Translations under genes and position numbers: made by a program
Shown: positions 26,176 through 38,812 of the stretch, in pieces
Position numbering within the stretch: position 1 is the first letter of the stretch
Layout of the letters: each line of letters starts with the position of its first letter
Source of the DNA: Glaucostegus cemiculus
Lineage: Eukaryota
DNA: 64,000 nt
NCBI GenBank assembly: GCA_976551045.1
Contig: CDPCPM010000011.1
Span: forward strand, 6,758,001-6,822,000
Reading direction: 5' to 3'
Notes under the pieces: model-generated
What the model was told of the DNA's origin: nothing
What the model saw: the letters and a program-made list of their open reading frames with translations, nothing else
Database searches by the model: none

Positions 26176-26599
26176 AATTTTGCCATCAGGGAGGAGGCTT
26201 AAATGTATCAGGGCAAGAACGACCAGGCTGAACAATAGCTTCTTTCCGCAAGCCATCAGAACTGCAAACTCTCTCATCCCTCCATCTTCCTTTGTTAACA
26301 CTAAGAGCTGCTAGATGCACAGAAATGCACCAGCACTTCAAATGCCCGACACCAGCCTGTTCACTTTAATAACTATTTATTTATTTACCAGCCATTTTTA
26401 ATTTAATCTGCGTATTAATTTAATTTTAACTTCCATAGTTTTTAATGTTTAATGTTTTTTAATGTTTATTCTGTTAAGTGTGTCTGTGTGTCTCTGTTGG
26501 TTGTTATTTAATGGGACGAGCACCTGAGGAGGACGGTATCTCGCTCCTATGCATACCATGTATGTATATGGTTGTGACAATAAAACTGATTCTGATTCT
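26176..26599 (+). mobile_element. Rex1/Babar-type LINE, short 3' copy A3 (ENPP7 intron 3)
   Basis: Nearly identical to the reverse complement of 21539-21963, including the 3'UTR and tail; ATAAAAT at both junctions is a possible TSD. Confidence 0.88.
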
Positions 26600-27265
26600 A
26601 ATAAAATGTCGTTAGCATCTACTACTTGATCAAAGAAAGACTTTGCTTAAAGTTTCCTGCTTCCAAGTGCAAACAAGCTGATGCCATGACAAATTGCATC
26701 GAACCAGAAAACCCTCCTTAATTTTGCTACCTTAAATGAATTATCTTCCATCCCTAACATTATGCCAAAGGGTTCAGGCCCATCTTTGGAAGTCACTCTT
26801 TGGCTTTGCATTAATAGAGTCTGGTCCCAATAAGGCTTTATGATTACTTCTTACTTTAATTATATATTTATATTACTTTTATACAGTATAAGTACACTAA
26901 AAGGTAATTCTTCTGCACATTTTAGATTAGTTTGAATTTTTCAATATAGATTTTTTTAAAATAAGCCATTATCTGCACATCAAATTCATACATATCATAT
27001 AGATTCAGTCTGTGTTGTGTGGTGAAAGGTGTGACTCCATTTTGTTTGTATTGACACAATTCCTTTGTGTGCCACTAAATTTCTCTGTTTCTATTCCAAT
27101 TACAAAATGAATAAGAATCTATTCCTTTGTGAAATGTACATAAGGTTCCAAAGGCAGAGGTAAGCACTATGAATGTTATACTTGCCATTCATGCATCTGG
27201 TGTGTAATGTCCTTCCAATGTTCTCCATTACGTCCAACCTGGGTCCCCCTCCCACCCTCCACCAG

Positions 27266-27503
27266 AGATTCAAAGTCCAGTTCAACAAAGGCGAGCATGG
27301 GTTTGATAACAACGATATGGATATGAAGATGATTTTCCGTGCATTTGGCCCAGACTTCAAGAAGAATTATTTGGCTGAGCCATTTGAAAGTGTAAACATT
27401 TATTCATTAATGTGTGAACTTCTGAACATCCAGCCTGAACCAAACAATGGATCATTGGAATATACACAAGAAATGTTGAGTTACTATCCGAGCAATAGTG
27501 ATG
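27266..27503 (+). CDS. ENPP7: ENPP7-like coding exon 4 (238 nt)
   Basis: Pyrimidine-rich acceptor ccctccaccAG|AGA; encodes RFKVQFNKGEHGFDNNDMDMKMIFRAFGPDF...NIYSLMCELLNIQPEPNNGS; donor G|GTAAGA, phase 1. Confidence 0.95.
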
Positions 27504-27758
27504 GTAAGAAAGAATTCTGAACAGTCAAGCTCAGACATATTAGTGATTATGAATGTTGCAGAACATTGGAATAATGGGTGAAAACAATTATTAGAACAAT
27601 ATAGTGTTTGTGGATAAATTTAAAATGCATATTTGTTTCATGATACAATTCAGTACATTCTGCATTTTATAACAATATATCCAATCTTCAAGAAGTCTTT
27701 TTTCTCCTGATAATGAAGTCAACTCTGTCTATTCACAAGATGTCTTAGGTATTCTTTA

Positions 27759-28035
27759 TCAAGGACAGCTTCTATCCCATTGTTTTCAGACTCTTGAATG
27801 GACCTTTTATATGCTAAAAAATGAACTCTTGATCTCCTAATCTACCTCTTGGTGGCCCTTGCACTTTATTTGCCGACCTGCACTGCACATTTTCTGTAAC
27901 TTGTAACACTATATTCTACATTCTGTATTTCCTTTTATTACCTCACTGTATGGAATGATCTGTCTGGATGGCATGCAAACAAAAGCTTTGCACTGTATCT
28001 TGGTACATGTAGCAATAATAAACCAATTCCAATAT
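27759..28035 (+). mobile_element. Older Rex1/Babar-like LINE 3' end, family B, second copy
   Basis: Colinear with 23220-23512 (caaggacagcttcta..., atgatctgt..., cactgta...gtaca..aataaacc). Confidence 0.65.
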
Positions 28036-28119
28036 ATTACCTTGTGACACAACTGGTGGCTTCTGCAAATTCAGAAATGCAACTTTTAATACACTCAGCA
28101 AGCTCATTTTAAACATTAA

Positions 28120-28295
28120 CAGAGAATGCTGGAAAGATTCAGTAAATCAAGTAACACCCATGGGCAGAGGAAAAGTCAGTGTTTTGGGTCAATGACCCTT
28201 CATCAGAATTGTACCCACAATGTCAACTGCTGCTTAACCTGCTGAACATTACCAGCTGTCCCTAAATTAGTTTCAGATTTCCAGCACCTGCAATT
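28120..28295. mobile_element. Short inverted-terminus Penelope-derived element
   Basis: Left arm aatgctggaaagattcagta is roughly inverted to right arm ctgctgaacattaccagc; internal CTGATGA-aGGGTCattGACCC on -. Confidence 0.5.
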
Positions 28296-28985
28296 AATTG
28301 CCCCACTCATTTTAAAGATTGTTCACAAAAGCCAAATCCCCATGGATACTCTGTCACAAATAAAATTAAATCAATTATGAATGATTGCTTTCTTTAATTA
28401 TTATCTGATCAACTTATTAATCAAACTACTAATCTCTTCTTCTTCTCTAAAGATTATACCTGTTTATGTTTCTTATAACATCAGAGAGAGGTGTTTATTA
28501 TACCATCATATGCACAAACTTTATATTTGCATACCTGAAGCGTTAATAGCAGGCACCAATTCCATTATGTACTCTCTATAAAGAATTCTACTCAGTTTAA
28601 TTGGTATAATTTTGGAGGCTTCAAATTATGTAGTTTCTGCTATATTTTTTTAATGTATATAATTCTTGCATGTATAGATATTTCATATGGAAATGTTATT
28701 GTATTAGAATAGTTTCCTTGTGAAAATCATGAAGGATCTCCCACCTAAAATGTTGACTCTGTTCCTCTTCCCGCAGATATGGTTTGACCTGCTGAGTATT
28801 ACCAGCATTTTCTGTTTTTACTTTAGAACTATTTTCAATTTCTTTTGCCTTAACACTTAAGAATAATTTTTGCTAACACTCTGGCCTTATTTCACTGAAA
28901 ACATAAGCGTATTCCCAGGTGATCTTGATGTATTATGCATTTTCAATCCTTTGCTTCTTTTTAACATCCTGCTTTCTCCTTTCAG

Positions 28986-29107
28986 TCACCAAGGATTCAA
29001 CATTGTTTCAGCTGGTTGTGGGGTTAGCAGTAGTTGTTGGCTTACTGGTTCTGGCTGCTATTATTGTTACTATTCATTTCCATATAAAGAGACAGCGACT
29101 GGGATAG
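28986..29107 (+). CDS. ENPP7: ENPP7-like coding exon 5: C-terminal membrane anchor and stop
   Basis: Long polypyrimidine acceptor ctttcAG|; encodes VTKDSTLFQLVVGLAVVVGLLVLAAIIVTIHFHIKRQRLG*, TAG at 29105-29107; total CDS 250+146+630+238+122=1386 nt, 461 aa. Confidence 0.88.
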
Positions 29108-29439
29108 ATGGTAAGTACCTCAATGTTCCTTGCAAAAGGTGTGAACTTAGATGGCATATTTAAATAACTAAGGTGCAAACATTATGTTTAGTTGCTTTTT
29201 AACTCCTTCCTCAAGCCCCATGTACAAGATTGTTCCTGAACACCTCTTCCCTGCTGTCCCAGCAGCACTTGTCTTTTCCTACTATGCTGAGGTGTTGGTA
29301 ATTCACATCTCAGAACATTACAATAGGGATCACTACTACCCAGTACACCATGTATATTGTTCCAGGTCTGAGGTATCGATGTACAAATACCCTTCTCTAT
29401 GATCAACCACAGGCTGACACACCGAAACTAACGGTGAAT

Positions 29440-30010
29440 CTCGTCATTGATGTTTGCTTGCACTGGAATGTAACCTTCGATGCTTCCTTCAAATTCACTG
29501 GGAGGATAACAAACCAATTACAGCCTTTCAGATCAATGTCCGCATTATTGATGCCTCATTACCTACAGATGGCTACATCAGGCAGGCCACACCATCTACT
29601 TGCCCGGCCTTTAGACTTCCAAAATAGATAGTCTTTTCCAAGTTTTGCCATGGGAAATGATTTCTGGGGGACAGAAGATTCAATTATGTGCTCAGAGCCT
29701 CCACAAAAGGAATAAACATTCCCACTAACTCCTGGGAATCTCTGGCTTATGACCACTCGAGGAGAAGGAGCACTTGGGATGATATTGAGAATCACCAGGC
29801 CATGCACAGGAAGCACACAGAAGCCCTGTGTAAGTAGCAGAAAGAGAACTTCACAAATTGCCCACCCTGTTAGCCACCACTTGTCCAATCTGTGAAAGAG
29901 TATGCAGTTTCCACATTAGCCAGCTCAGAACCCACACAACTGGATTAGAAGTCATTTTCAATCACGTGGGACTCCTAAAGAGAATTCCCTTTTACCCGTC
30001 CCACTTTCCC
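29440..30010 (+). mobile_element. RTE-like LINE 3' fragment (degraded)
   Basis: C-terminal CPICERVC...LRTH zinc-finger-like remnant and an upstream RLPK..-like motif. Confidence 0.4.
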
Positions 30011-31239
30011 AAAGCACCACAACAGATAAGAATATCAGAATCCCAGAATTATGCACTCACACAAACTTTCTGTTACTTGCATCTTTGTAAGAGGTTGAGT
30101 AATCCAATTAAGTTCTCCATTGTTGTACATTTATTTCCACTTGTTCAGTGGAACAGTACTTTTCACACTGCTAGAGCAAATTTCATCTGTGGGTTCATAG
30201 CTCTCACAAGGTGAAGTTCAGCTCAAAGTATAATTTCCACCCAAGTGAGGTAATTGTAACAAAGGGCAACAATTCAAATGTTACATTGAAGGTCTAGGCC
30301 AGACAATCATCAAGGGTGACAGAATATATTGCTAAAATATCCATGCCATATTCGTATATTACTGTACGATCATTTTATGTTTCAAGGTCAATCCTGGGTG
30401 ACCACATTGGCATACAGGGGAGCGTTTAAATTTTCCAGTCAGATACCAAACAATTTTTATGAGAAGTCGCAGTTTAGAGTTACACATGAGGGTTGCAGAG
30501 AGTGGAAACCAGGGATCTCCTGGGCATTTGTTTGTAACTTTGCGAATTCTGATTTTCCAAGTTTCATCATGTTTAATGCTTTGCAGTCAAAGGGTTAAGA
30601 GAATGGATCTAAAATACTCGGATGACTGGTCAGATCTTTACTGGATGGGTTGGCATTAAGGCAGTCTGTCGTTGAAGAACTGGGCCAGTTGTCTTATCAC
30701 CTGAATGGACAAACAGCTTCCTGTTTGTCAACCTCATCCAACAGAGGTGAAGTGTTTTGAGGCAGGGAATGACCTTTGCAAGATTTAGGTCTTTAATCCA
30801 GGCATCACAGACATCAGTAACTCTACAAACAATACACCAGTCTTCAATTGCTTCTGATAAATAGGCCTGATGTGTACTGCCAGGGTCAAATAATGGGTCA
30901 TAACATCTTCCCTTAGGACAGAAGTCAACCCGTTCTCTGGAGATCACCAACTATATAACAGAGCTACTTCTCTGTAAAACAATACCTTCCAGGGACTTAT
31001 AGACACGACCACAGAACAACTTCTCTGCTCCATGCTTTCTCTTTCTTCTTTGTTCAAAGCCACCTATAAATATATCACTCTTAGACTTGGAATCATTCCA
31101 TTCAGTTCACTCCACCAAAATGATAATATTTTCCTTATGACTTGCTGTAAGCTACTGTCCAGGGGAAGCATAAAGTTATAGGTGTATGCAGAGCTACTTT
31201 AATGCCATAAAAGACGAGTGTGCAAAATTGAAGTGCACA

Positions 31240-32270
31240 GTTTTGACAGTAATGTATTGGCATGGATTGAAAATCGATTTGCAGACAAGGAACAGAAATA
31301 AATGGTCTTTTTCAGGGCAGCAGGTAGAAACTAATGGGCAATCACAGGGGTCAGTTCTTGGGCCTCAGCTATTTAGAGTATACATCAATGACTTGGATAA
31401 GGAAACAGAATGTTATACTTTGAATTTTGCCAACAGCTCTAAACTAGGTGGGATTGAAATTGTAAGAAGAATGAAAGGAAGTGTCAAAGTAACTCAAAGA
31501 TTAAGTGAGAAGACAAAAAAAAACATGGCAGCTGCAGACAGATGCGAAGTTTTCTACTTCAGCAGTGAGAACAAAGGCAACATTTTATTTAAATCATACT
31601 AGATTTGACTTACAAAGAGTTGGGTATTCCTGCACACCGATGAATTCAGGTGTACCAAGCAGCTAAGACAAATAGTATGTCAACTTCACAGCAAAGCTAT
31701 TCTCAAGAGCAAGAATATCTTGTTACAATTACAAAGGGCCTTGGTGAAAGCATACCTGGTATATTGTATGTAGTTTCAGTCTCCTTCCTGAAGAAAGGAT
31801 ATACTTGCCATAGAGGGAGTCCAACCAAAACTCACAAGACTGATTCCCAGGATGGTGGGACTACTGCACATGAAGAGATTAGATGGATTAGTTTTGCATT
31901 CACTTGAGTTTAGAAGAGGGGATCCAAGTTCTGACAGAGCTAGACAGACTGGATACATGGAGGATGACGTCAATATCTGGATTGTCGAGAACAGAATCAT
32001 ATTATCCAATTATACAGTGCCAGAGATTTAGGATTGAGATGAGGAGATATTTCTTCACTCAGAGGGTGCTGAAGCTGTGGAATTTGCTCCCAGAGAACTG
32101 TAGAGGCAAGTTACTGAATGTATAAAAGGTGATAGGTAAGTTTCTAGATGCAAAAGTCATCAAGGAATATAAAAATTGAGTTAGCTGATTGGCCATGGTT
32201 CTATTTAATGGCAAAGTAAGCTTGAAAGGCTGAATGGCCAACATCTACTCTTATTTTCTGTGTCTCTATT
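31240..32270 (+). mobile_element. CR1 LINE RT to 3' end (degraded)
   Basis: QGSVLGPQLFRVYINDLD; EMRRYFFTQRVLKLWNLLP; typical 3'UTR ggctgaatggcc..ctactc. Confidence 0.8.
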
Positions 32271-32846
32271 CCTAAAACACTCCATCCACTGAGCATTTTA
32301 ACGGCGTTAATACAATCTGGACAAGTTCCCATCTCGGCAGAGCAGCCAGATATACTGAATCTAAAATAGAGACAACTCTGGCTATGAAGTTAAACCAAAG
32401 ATCATAGACCCTTAAATAGACTCAGTTTGATGTCACTGGATTTTAAAGAAACAAGCGAAAAATCCACCTGCAGTTTCCCTCTGCCAGTCTTATTGGCAGC
32501 TCTTCAGTCAATTATCAGGAATCATGATCTTCTTACCTTCTGACATGGCTGTTCTGCCAACACTGAATCATCCCAGAATGGCACAGCTCTCTGCCAGTGC
32601 TGCCCCTCCTATCATTCAATAATCACAAAGTTAAATGGATCCTCATGGAAGGAGGAGGAAATGGATGAGGGAACCCAGCACAGTGCATAAAGCAGTGCAT
32701 TGCATGGACATTAACAATTATGAATGAAAGGTAAAGAAATCTACAACTTGGTCATTAGGTTGTAGCAGGATTATGAAACAGAAAAGGGACTATAAAGCAT
32801 TAATTGGGAAATACCATCACAGAAATATCCTTTTGCTCTTTTCCAG

Positions 32847-34075
32847 AGTGCAAGATGAAGATCAGAATCACATCCAAAATGTAGCTTCAACATTCTTTTT
32901 GCTTGCAAGTTCAACAATTAGTTCTCAGCCATGTTAATGTAAATGCTCTGGTTGTGCTACATGGCTGTTCCACTTCAATATGATAACGGTTAATTACTTT
33001 TTACACCATTTATTGCATTTGTGAATTAAATCTGGGAATTAATTTTAATCCATATTCATGTTTTTCCATAAACTATTATCAATTCATGTATGTAAACTGC
33101 AAATTAATTTGAATAGAATAATAGCCTTTCAAATTATTTTGCTACTTTGACATCAAGTTGGACTTAAATGCTCATCCAAAGACTGGAGTCTCCACTTAAT
33201 TGTGCAATTGATGTAACTGGTGCAAAAAAAAATTATTAGGTTTTCAACTTGGATTTTGTTCAGCCAAGGTCAAGCTTTGGTGATCTTTTCAGTTGAGGAA
33301 TTGGCATTGACTAAAAAACATGTTTTTTAGAAATCAAACTTATTTTCAATTGTATTGATTACATTTTGCTAAGTCAACACCCTCAAATTTTCATACAATT
33401 CTTGTTTTATTCTTTTGGAATGTTTTAAAATGCTATCGAATTATACGAGTTCATTGGAGATTCTGCATTTCATGAGAAGAAAATGAACATCATGTTGTCT
33501 GATGGAGAAATAATGCTTTCCAAAATGGGTGCAATTTTGAGTCTACTTTCCACTTGGTATCACCAACTCTGCTCGAAGCACTTGCCTTTGATTATCAATA
33601 TCTATTTAAGATTTCCATCTTCACCTTTCTTCTTCATGATGGATGTTCAAAAACTACAAAATAATTGGATTGGAACTTCCATAGTAACACTGACATCTTT
33701 AGAAACCCCCTATTCCAGTCTAGAGTCTGGTGTTGATTTTTAGAATCACCTGGTTACCGAAACATGTGGACTGCTCACCTCTCAACCACACTCTGGCTGA
33801 GGAGAGCCTGCCAAAATTAACTTAAGATAATCCCCTCACTTCACAATTTAGACCAATGTTTTCTTTTAAATACACATTTATATTTGTAGTGTCATTATTG
33901 AACATTGGTTATTCACTTTTATGAAAAAATGAATCTCACACTATTAGTACCAAGTTCTTTCAAATTACTGCATTGTTTAATTGTATTTCTTACAAAACAA
34001 ATTTCTTACACTTGTCAATGTATTATCGCGAAATGTAACAAAATTTAAAATAAAGTCTCATTAAGAAAAGGTTTA
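32847..34075 (+). other. ENPP7: Probable non-coding terminal (3'UTR) exon of the ENPP7-like gene
   Basis: Perfect donor ATG|GTAAGT at 29111, 3 nt after the stop; strong acceptor ccttttgctcttttccAG at 32845-32846; AT-rich, repeat-poor stretch ending at AATAAA 34049-34054; the 3' end is approximate. Confidence 0.6.
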
Positions 34076-36360
34076 GGAACAGATTGAGTTATTCTCAGAG
34101 GAATATTTAGTTTCTGTTTCTGTCAGTCAGACTCCAAAATGGAATGAGTCTTCTGGACAAGCTTTTAAAAAAAGCTTAGGAAGTGTTGGTAATTGAGTGA
34201 AAAAACTAAGGCTTCTAGTAATTTAAAATATCAAGAGTTAATATTTTCTCAGATAAGAAAAATCACTCATTCCCAAGCCCAAATTTATCTTGGTTTTAAT
34301 GCCAGACCATGTGAAAAATAGTTTAAATTATTTGTGCAAATTTCAGAAGTCCCAAAATGAAACAATCCCTCTTTCTGCCAGTTTGATCTTCCTGCCAGTT
34401 TCTAATAAAGGCTACATTGAAAATGTTGCATCTACTCCAACAGCAGATTGCTCATTTAATGGCTTAAAGCTCTAAATGCAATCTAAAATTAAAGGATGAT
34501 GCCATCAGGCCCCTCATCCAGAAAAACAGATGCAATTTGTACTAAATAGGAAAAAGGACAATCACTAATAATTGTTAACTATGAAGTCACTATGGGAACA
34601 CAGGTTCATAATAGATTAAAATAATCAATAAGTTTGAATATTTAAAACTCTGCAAAAAGCAGTGCAAAAATATCTTCAGGAAATTTGGTTAAGTGTTATG
34701 TGATAGCATTATAAATTAAGTGAAGTTGTTCACTGTCAGTAAAAATGTCACTTTTTATTCACTGAACTCATAATACAGCAATGGAAGGACTAATGAGAAA
34801 CAAGAAAAAGCATTCTGGTCCCAGATCATGAGCAGTTTTCTTTATTCACCTGCTGAAGTCACCAACAACATTTATTCCCCATACTTAATTTCCCCAGAGA
34901 AGATGGTGGCAAGCTGTCTTGTTGCAATGGGTATGGCCAAAGTATTCTCAATGTACTTTTAGCTCTGATATCTGACCTCATGCCAAAGAAATAAATATAT
35001 TTTCAAGGTAACTTAAGGCAACTTGCAGATAGCATTCCTGTCAGCTGCCCTCATTATCATGGTGGTAAAGGTTATGGATATGGCTGATTTTAGCATTGTT
35101 GCAAGTTAGATTCCACCCTGGTACTGGAAGGCCTGATGCTGATGGATGGAGTGGCAATCAAGGGGGCTGCTTTATCCTGTCTGAGCACAGCTGGAAACAA
35201 TGACAAGCAATCGATTCCTGTAACATATGCCTTCAAAACAGAGTCAGTCACGACATACCAAACCTCTGACCTCTTCTTGCAACCTCTGTTTTTAGGGTGG
35301 TCCAGTTAAATGTTTGGTCTATGGTATTCCTCAGGATATTGATGGTGGAAAATTCCTTGACAATGTAATGAAAAAATGAGCATTGCCTGGCATTTGCATG
35401 GCAAGAATGTTACTTTCCAGTTCAGTTCAAACTTGAATCCTATTCAATGCCTACCAGCACCCAGACAATGATCCCAGTACTGGAGTAAGCTGCAATGGCA
35501 GGAGCAAACTTCCTCATCACTCCCAACTGAAAGCTCATTGTTTAGCAGACAAAAACAATTGGTACTGGGAGACTACTCAGATGACCTCATACACCCAAGC
35601 TGATCCAGTTCCAACCATTTTTGCAATTTTCTTCATACCAGGAATTACTCCAGCCAGTAGGAGAGTGCTCCTGTAGCAATGGCACCCATTTCAGTAAGGG
35701 TTAGTGTGTCAAACACTTCCTTGCGATGTCAAGATCAGACTTCCTCCCCTCTAGAATTCAGCTGTTCTCTATGTTTGAGCCAAAGTTTTAACAAGCCAAG
35801 TAATCTTGACTGGCCTCTAGCTGAGCCAGACAGATTGAAGAGCTGCCTGATGGCACTGCCAATAACTTTTGTAATCTTGTCTACATTATGAGAGCTCTAC
35901 CTCTGAATAAATCCAACGGCTGAGGATATTTGTAACAAGAAATGTAGATTTAAGGATCAAGTTTAATTGTAATTAGGTCTTTCATCACTAAATCATATTG
36001 ATACTTTAGTTGTCAATACCTAAATAAAGTTGTTACAACAGTTAGACACCTAGTTTACCAAAATTCACGTTATAATCTAGCATTACAGATACTACTGCAA
36101 AGAAACAGCAAAATGATTTCACCATCTTACATGAGCATCAGCACTTTGTATAGACAAATGAACCAAAATTAACCAGTATTTACAAGGTCTCCAGTTATGT
36201 CACTAGGAAGCTTACAGGAAAATAATCAAGAACAAACATTTGGATATCAACTATAAAGTTGCCAAACTATTTACTGATAAAATTTAAGTCACTTGCAAGT
36301 AACATTGTTTTGCTTTGGCAATTGTAGCCCTACATTAAGTAATCTTCAAGGAGTTGCAGT

Positions 36361-36475
36361 CTAAAGAGAATAAAGTTTGAGTTGTTCCTCCATATCTGCT
36401 TCTGACATGTCACCGAAAACTTCCTTCCGTTCTTTCATTAACTTGAAGATGGCTGCCAACTGTTCTTGCTGAATC
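36361..36475 (-). CDS. MXRA7: MXRA7 terminal coding exon (long isoform)
   Basis: Acceptor atttttttctAG|G; phase fits the upstream exon; encodes IQQEQLAAIFKLMKERKEVFGDMSEADMEEQLKLYSL*, matching MXRA7 VQKEQLAAIFKLMKDNKETFGEMSDGDVQEQLRLYDM. Confidence 0.93.
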
Positions 36476-38799
36476 CTAGAAAAAAATAGGGTGCACAATT
36501 GAGCAGATTTTTAAAGAAAGGCTCAAATTAAAATTTACACAAACCAACCTGATGTACTCTGGATCTTGTAGCAACTAAGTTTTAGGTCAAGCTATAAAAA
36601 GCTGTGTCACTCTTGCAGTTCCTTGTCCATATAGTTAGGAAACTAGCAGAAACTCAGCACAAGAAACATTTCTGGAATGCTGAAATCCTTTGTGAAGTTT
36701 GTTAATGATAACATTGCACAAATGACTTTCTGGCCACTATTTACATACAGTAATCTTTGCACAAAAGCTGCCAACAGATATTAGATAAACTGTTGCAACA
36801 TCTGCAGTGAGAAAGAAAAAGGTACTTGTGTAAATGCTGGTTCATCTGATTTAACATGAGAGGCTGGACTTTTAAAAATGCTCAAGTGCCACATCAATTC
36901 CTATATCTTTGTTAAATCAATTCTGCAGGACTGTTTTCCAAATTTTAGTTTGTACAAGACTTTATACAGCATGCTGACATGTTAAGGCCAGTTAATAATC
37001 TCAAAAGAACTACATTTCTTAGGAGACTGGATGTCACCAAAAGCACTTTACAGAAATAGTTTTTGCAAGCAGTAACCTGGGAAAAGCAGTTGCCAATTTT
37101 TACACTAAATTTCCACAAACTCATCTTGTATTTTCCATAAAGCTGAGTAACATTCTCACCCACAAACAAGCAGGAGCCAAGGTTTTGCAAGATCATACTG
37201 TGCAAATTTTGTTTCAAGCATTCAAATCCAGTAATGAATCCAGTCACTTAATTGATACCATCAAATTGTTTCACATACTATTGGAGCATTTTTATTGTCT
37301 GGTGCAATGGCAATGTGAGAACTGGAAAAGTCAGTCCATGGGCTCAAGCTGTGTGTCCATCAAGATGCTGCTTTCTTTCAGGTTGAATGTTTTTAAATGA
37401 CAGTTATTAGCTTTTTAGACAAGTGCCTATCTGGAGTTCAAGCCATGGTTTGACAATGTGAAGGCTGCAATGGTTGCTGTGGTTCACCAGCAGGGAAAAG
37501 TTCTTCTACTCATTTTTCTGCAGGTGTTATAATCTAACATTGAAGCCCATACAACAATAAAGGTATTATGAATTTTGTCCAATGATATCTAATTAGCTTC
37601 CTTTCCAAATGAAGCTGCAAGTTGTACATTCTGCTCTATTTTACTCAATGCTGCATTTAAAGTAACAAAAGTTGTCTTGCCCCAGTAGAATCACCAATTC
37701 ATTGTTTGGGACAGTTACATTGTGAACAAGGGGTGGGAAGGAAGCCCCAAAAAAGGTCAAAATATTGATTTAATATTTTAATGACCAGAGTCACAATATG
37801 GCACATCTTAGTCCTTGCCAAAATGTTTCAGTGGTTCAAGTTTTCCCCAGGAGGGAATGGAGCCACAACCTTCAGGGACTGCTATCTTTGCAAATAAAAA
37901 TTTAGAATTATGGTTTGCAGGATTAACTTCAGTTGGGTTTCCTTGTACAAAGGTGCCTTGCTTTATAGAGGGGCAGGTCATCAGTTCTTGTGTCTGCAAA
38001 AATTCAATGCAATTAATACATAGATTTCAATGTTCATGTAGTTTCAGAATATCACCAGTGCAAGAACTCAGTTATGTGCATTACCAAATTAAACCATTCT
38101 GGTGATTCACTCAACTGGTGACCAGTGATTACTGACATGCTGCAGCTGTGATAAAGCAGACTGTTCTCACCACCATGGTATTGCCATGTGACCGTCACAT
38201 ATTTTCAACTTGGAAAAAAGATGACTCTTGAAGCAACACCACATTCAGTTACACAATAATGAAATGTCTTTATTAGCAAGGGATATCATCCCATATACTG
38301 AGAAAAAAATTAAACAATGAAACACATTACAACAGTAACCTTTGGAGACTTTATTGAACAGAAGTACTGACATGTAATAGATTAAGCAAATGTTGCCATT
38401 TCAGAATTACAAATGCAGGTTTCTGAACTAGAACATTCAAGATAGTTATGTACTTCAACCCTGTAACAAAATTTCCTTTGAGGCTTAACCAAACTTTTGC
38501 ATTGGTGAGCAAAATAAAATGGTTGTCTTGTATTAGTTACAAAGATACAAGGCTTACTGTGAATAAATTTAACATTGTTTGATAATCTGCATTAGTTCAT
38601 ACTCAAAGCTGTGATTTATAAATGACTATAATGTAAATGCTTTCTATTATATTAGATTCTATAGCAACATCTATTACAGAATCTTTAACAGCATCTCCCT
38701 ACTGAGGATAAGCTTCATGGTTTTTTTTGGCTTGATGTCTGGTAAAATTCAAGCCCTCAACCACTCAGATAATTCATGTTTAAGACTCCCAAATCGGTT

Positions 38800-38812
38800 C
38801 TACTCTTCTGCT
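38800..38812 (-). CDS. MXRA7: MXRA7 alternative terminal exon (short isoform ending ...EEEQRAEE*)
   Basis: Very strong acceptor tttcttcttcttttacAG|A GCA GAA GAG TAG in the correct phase; AATAAA on - at 38350-38355. Confidence 0.65.
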
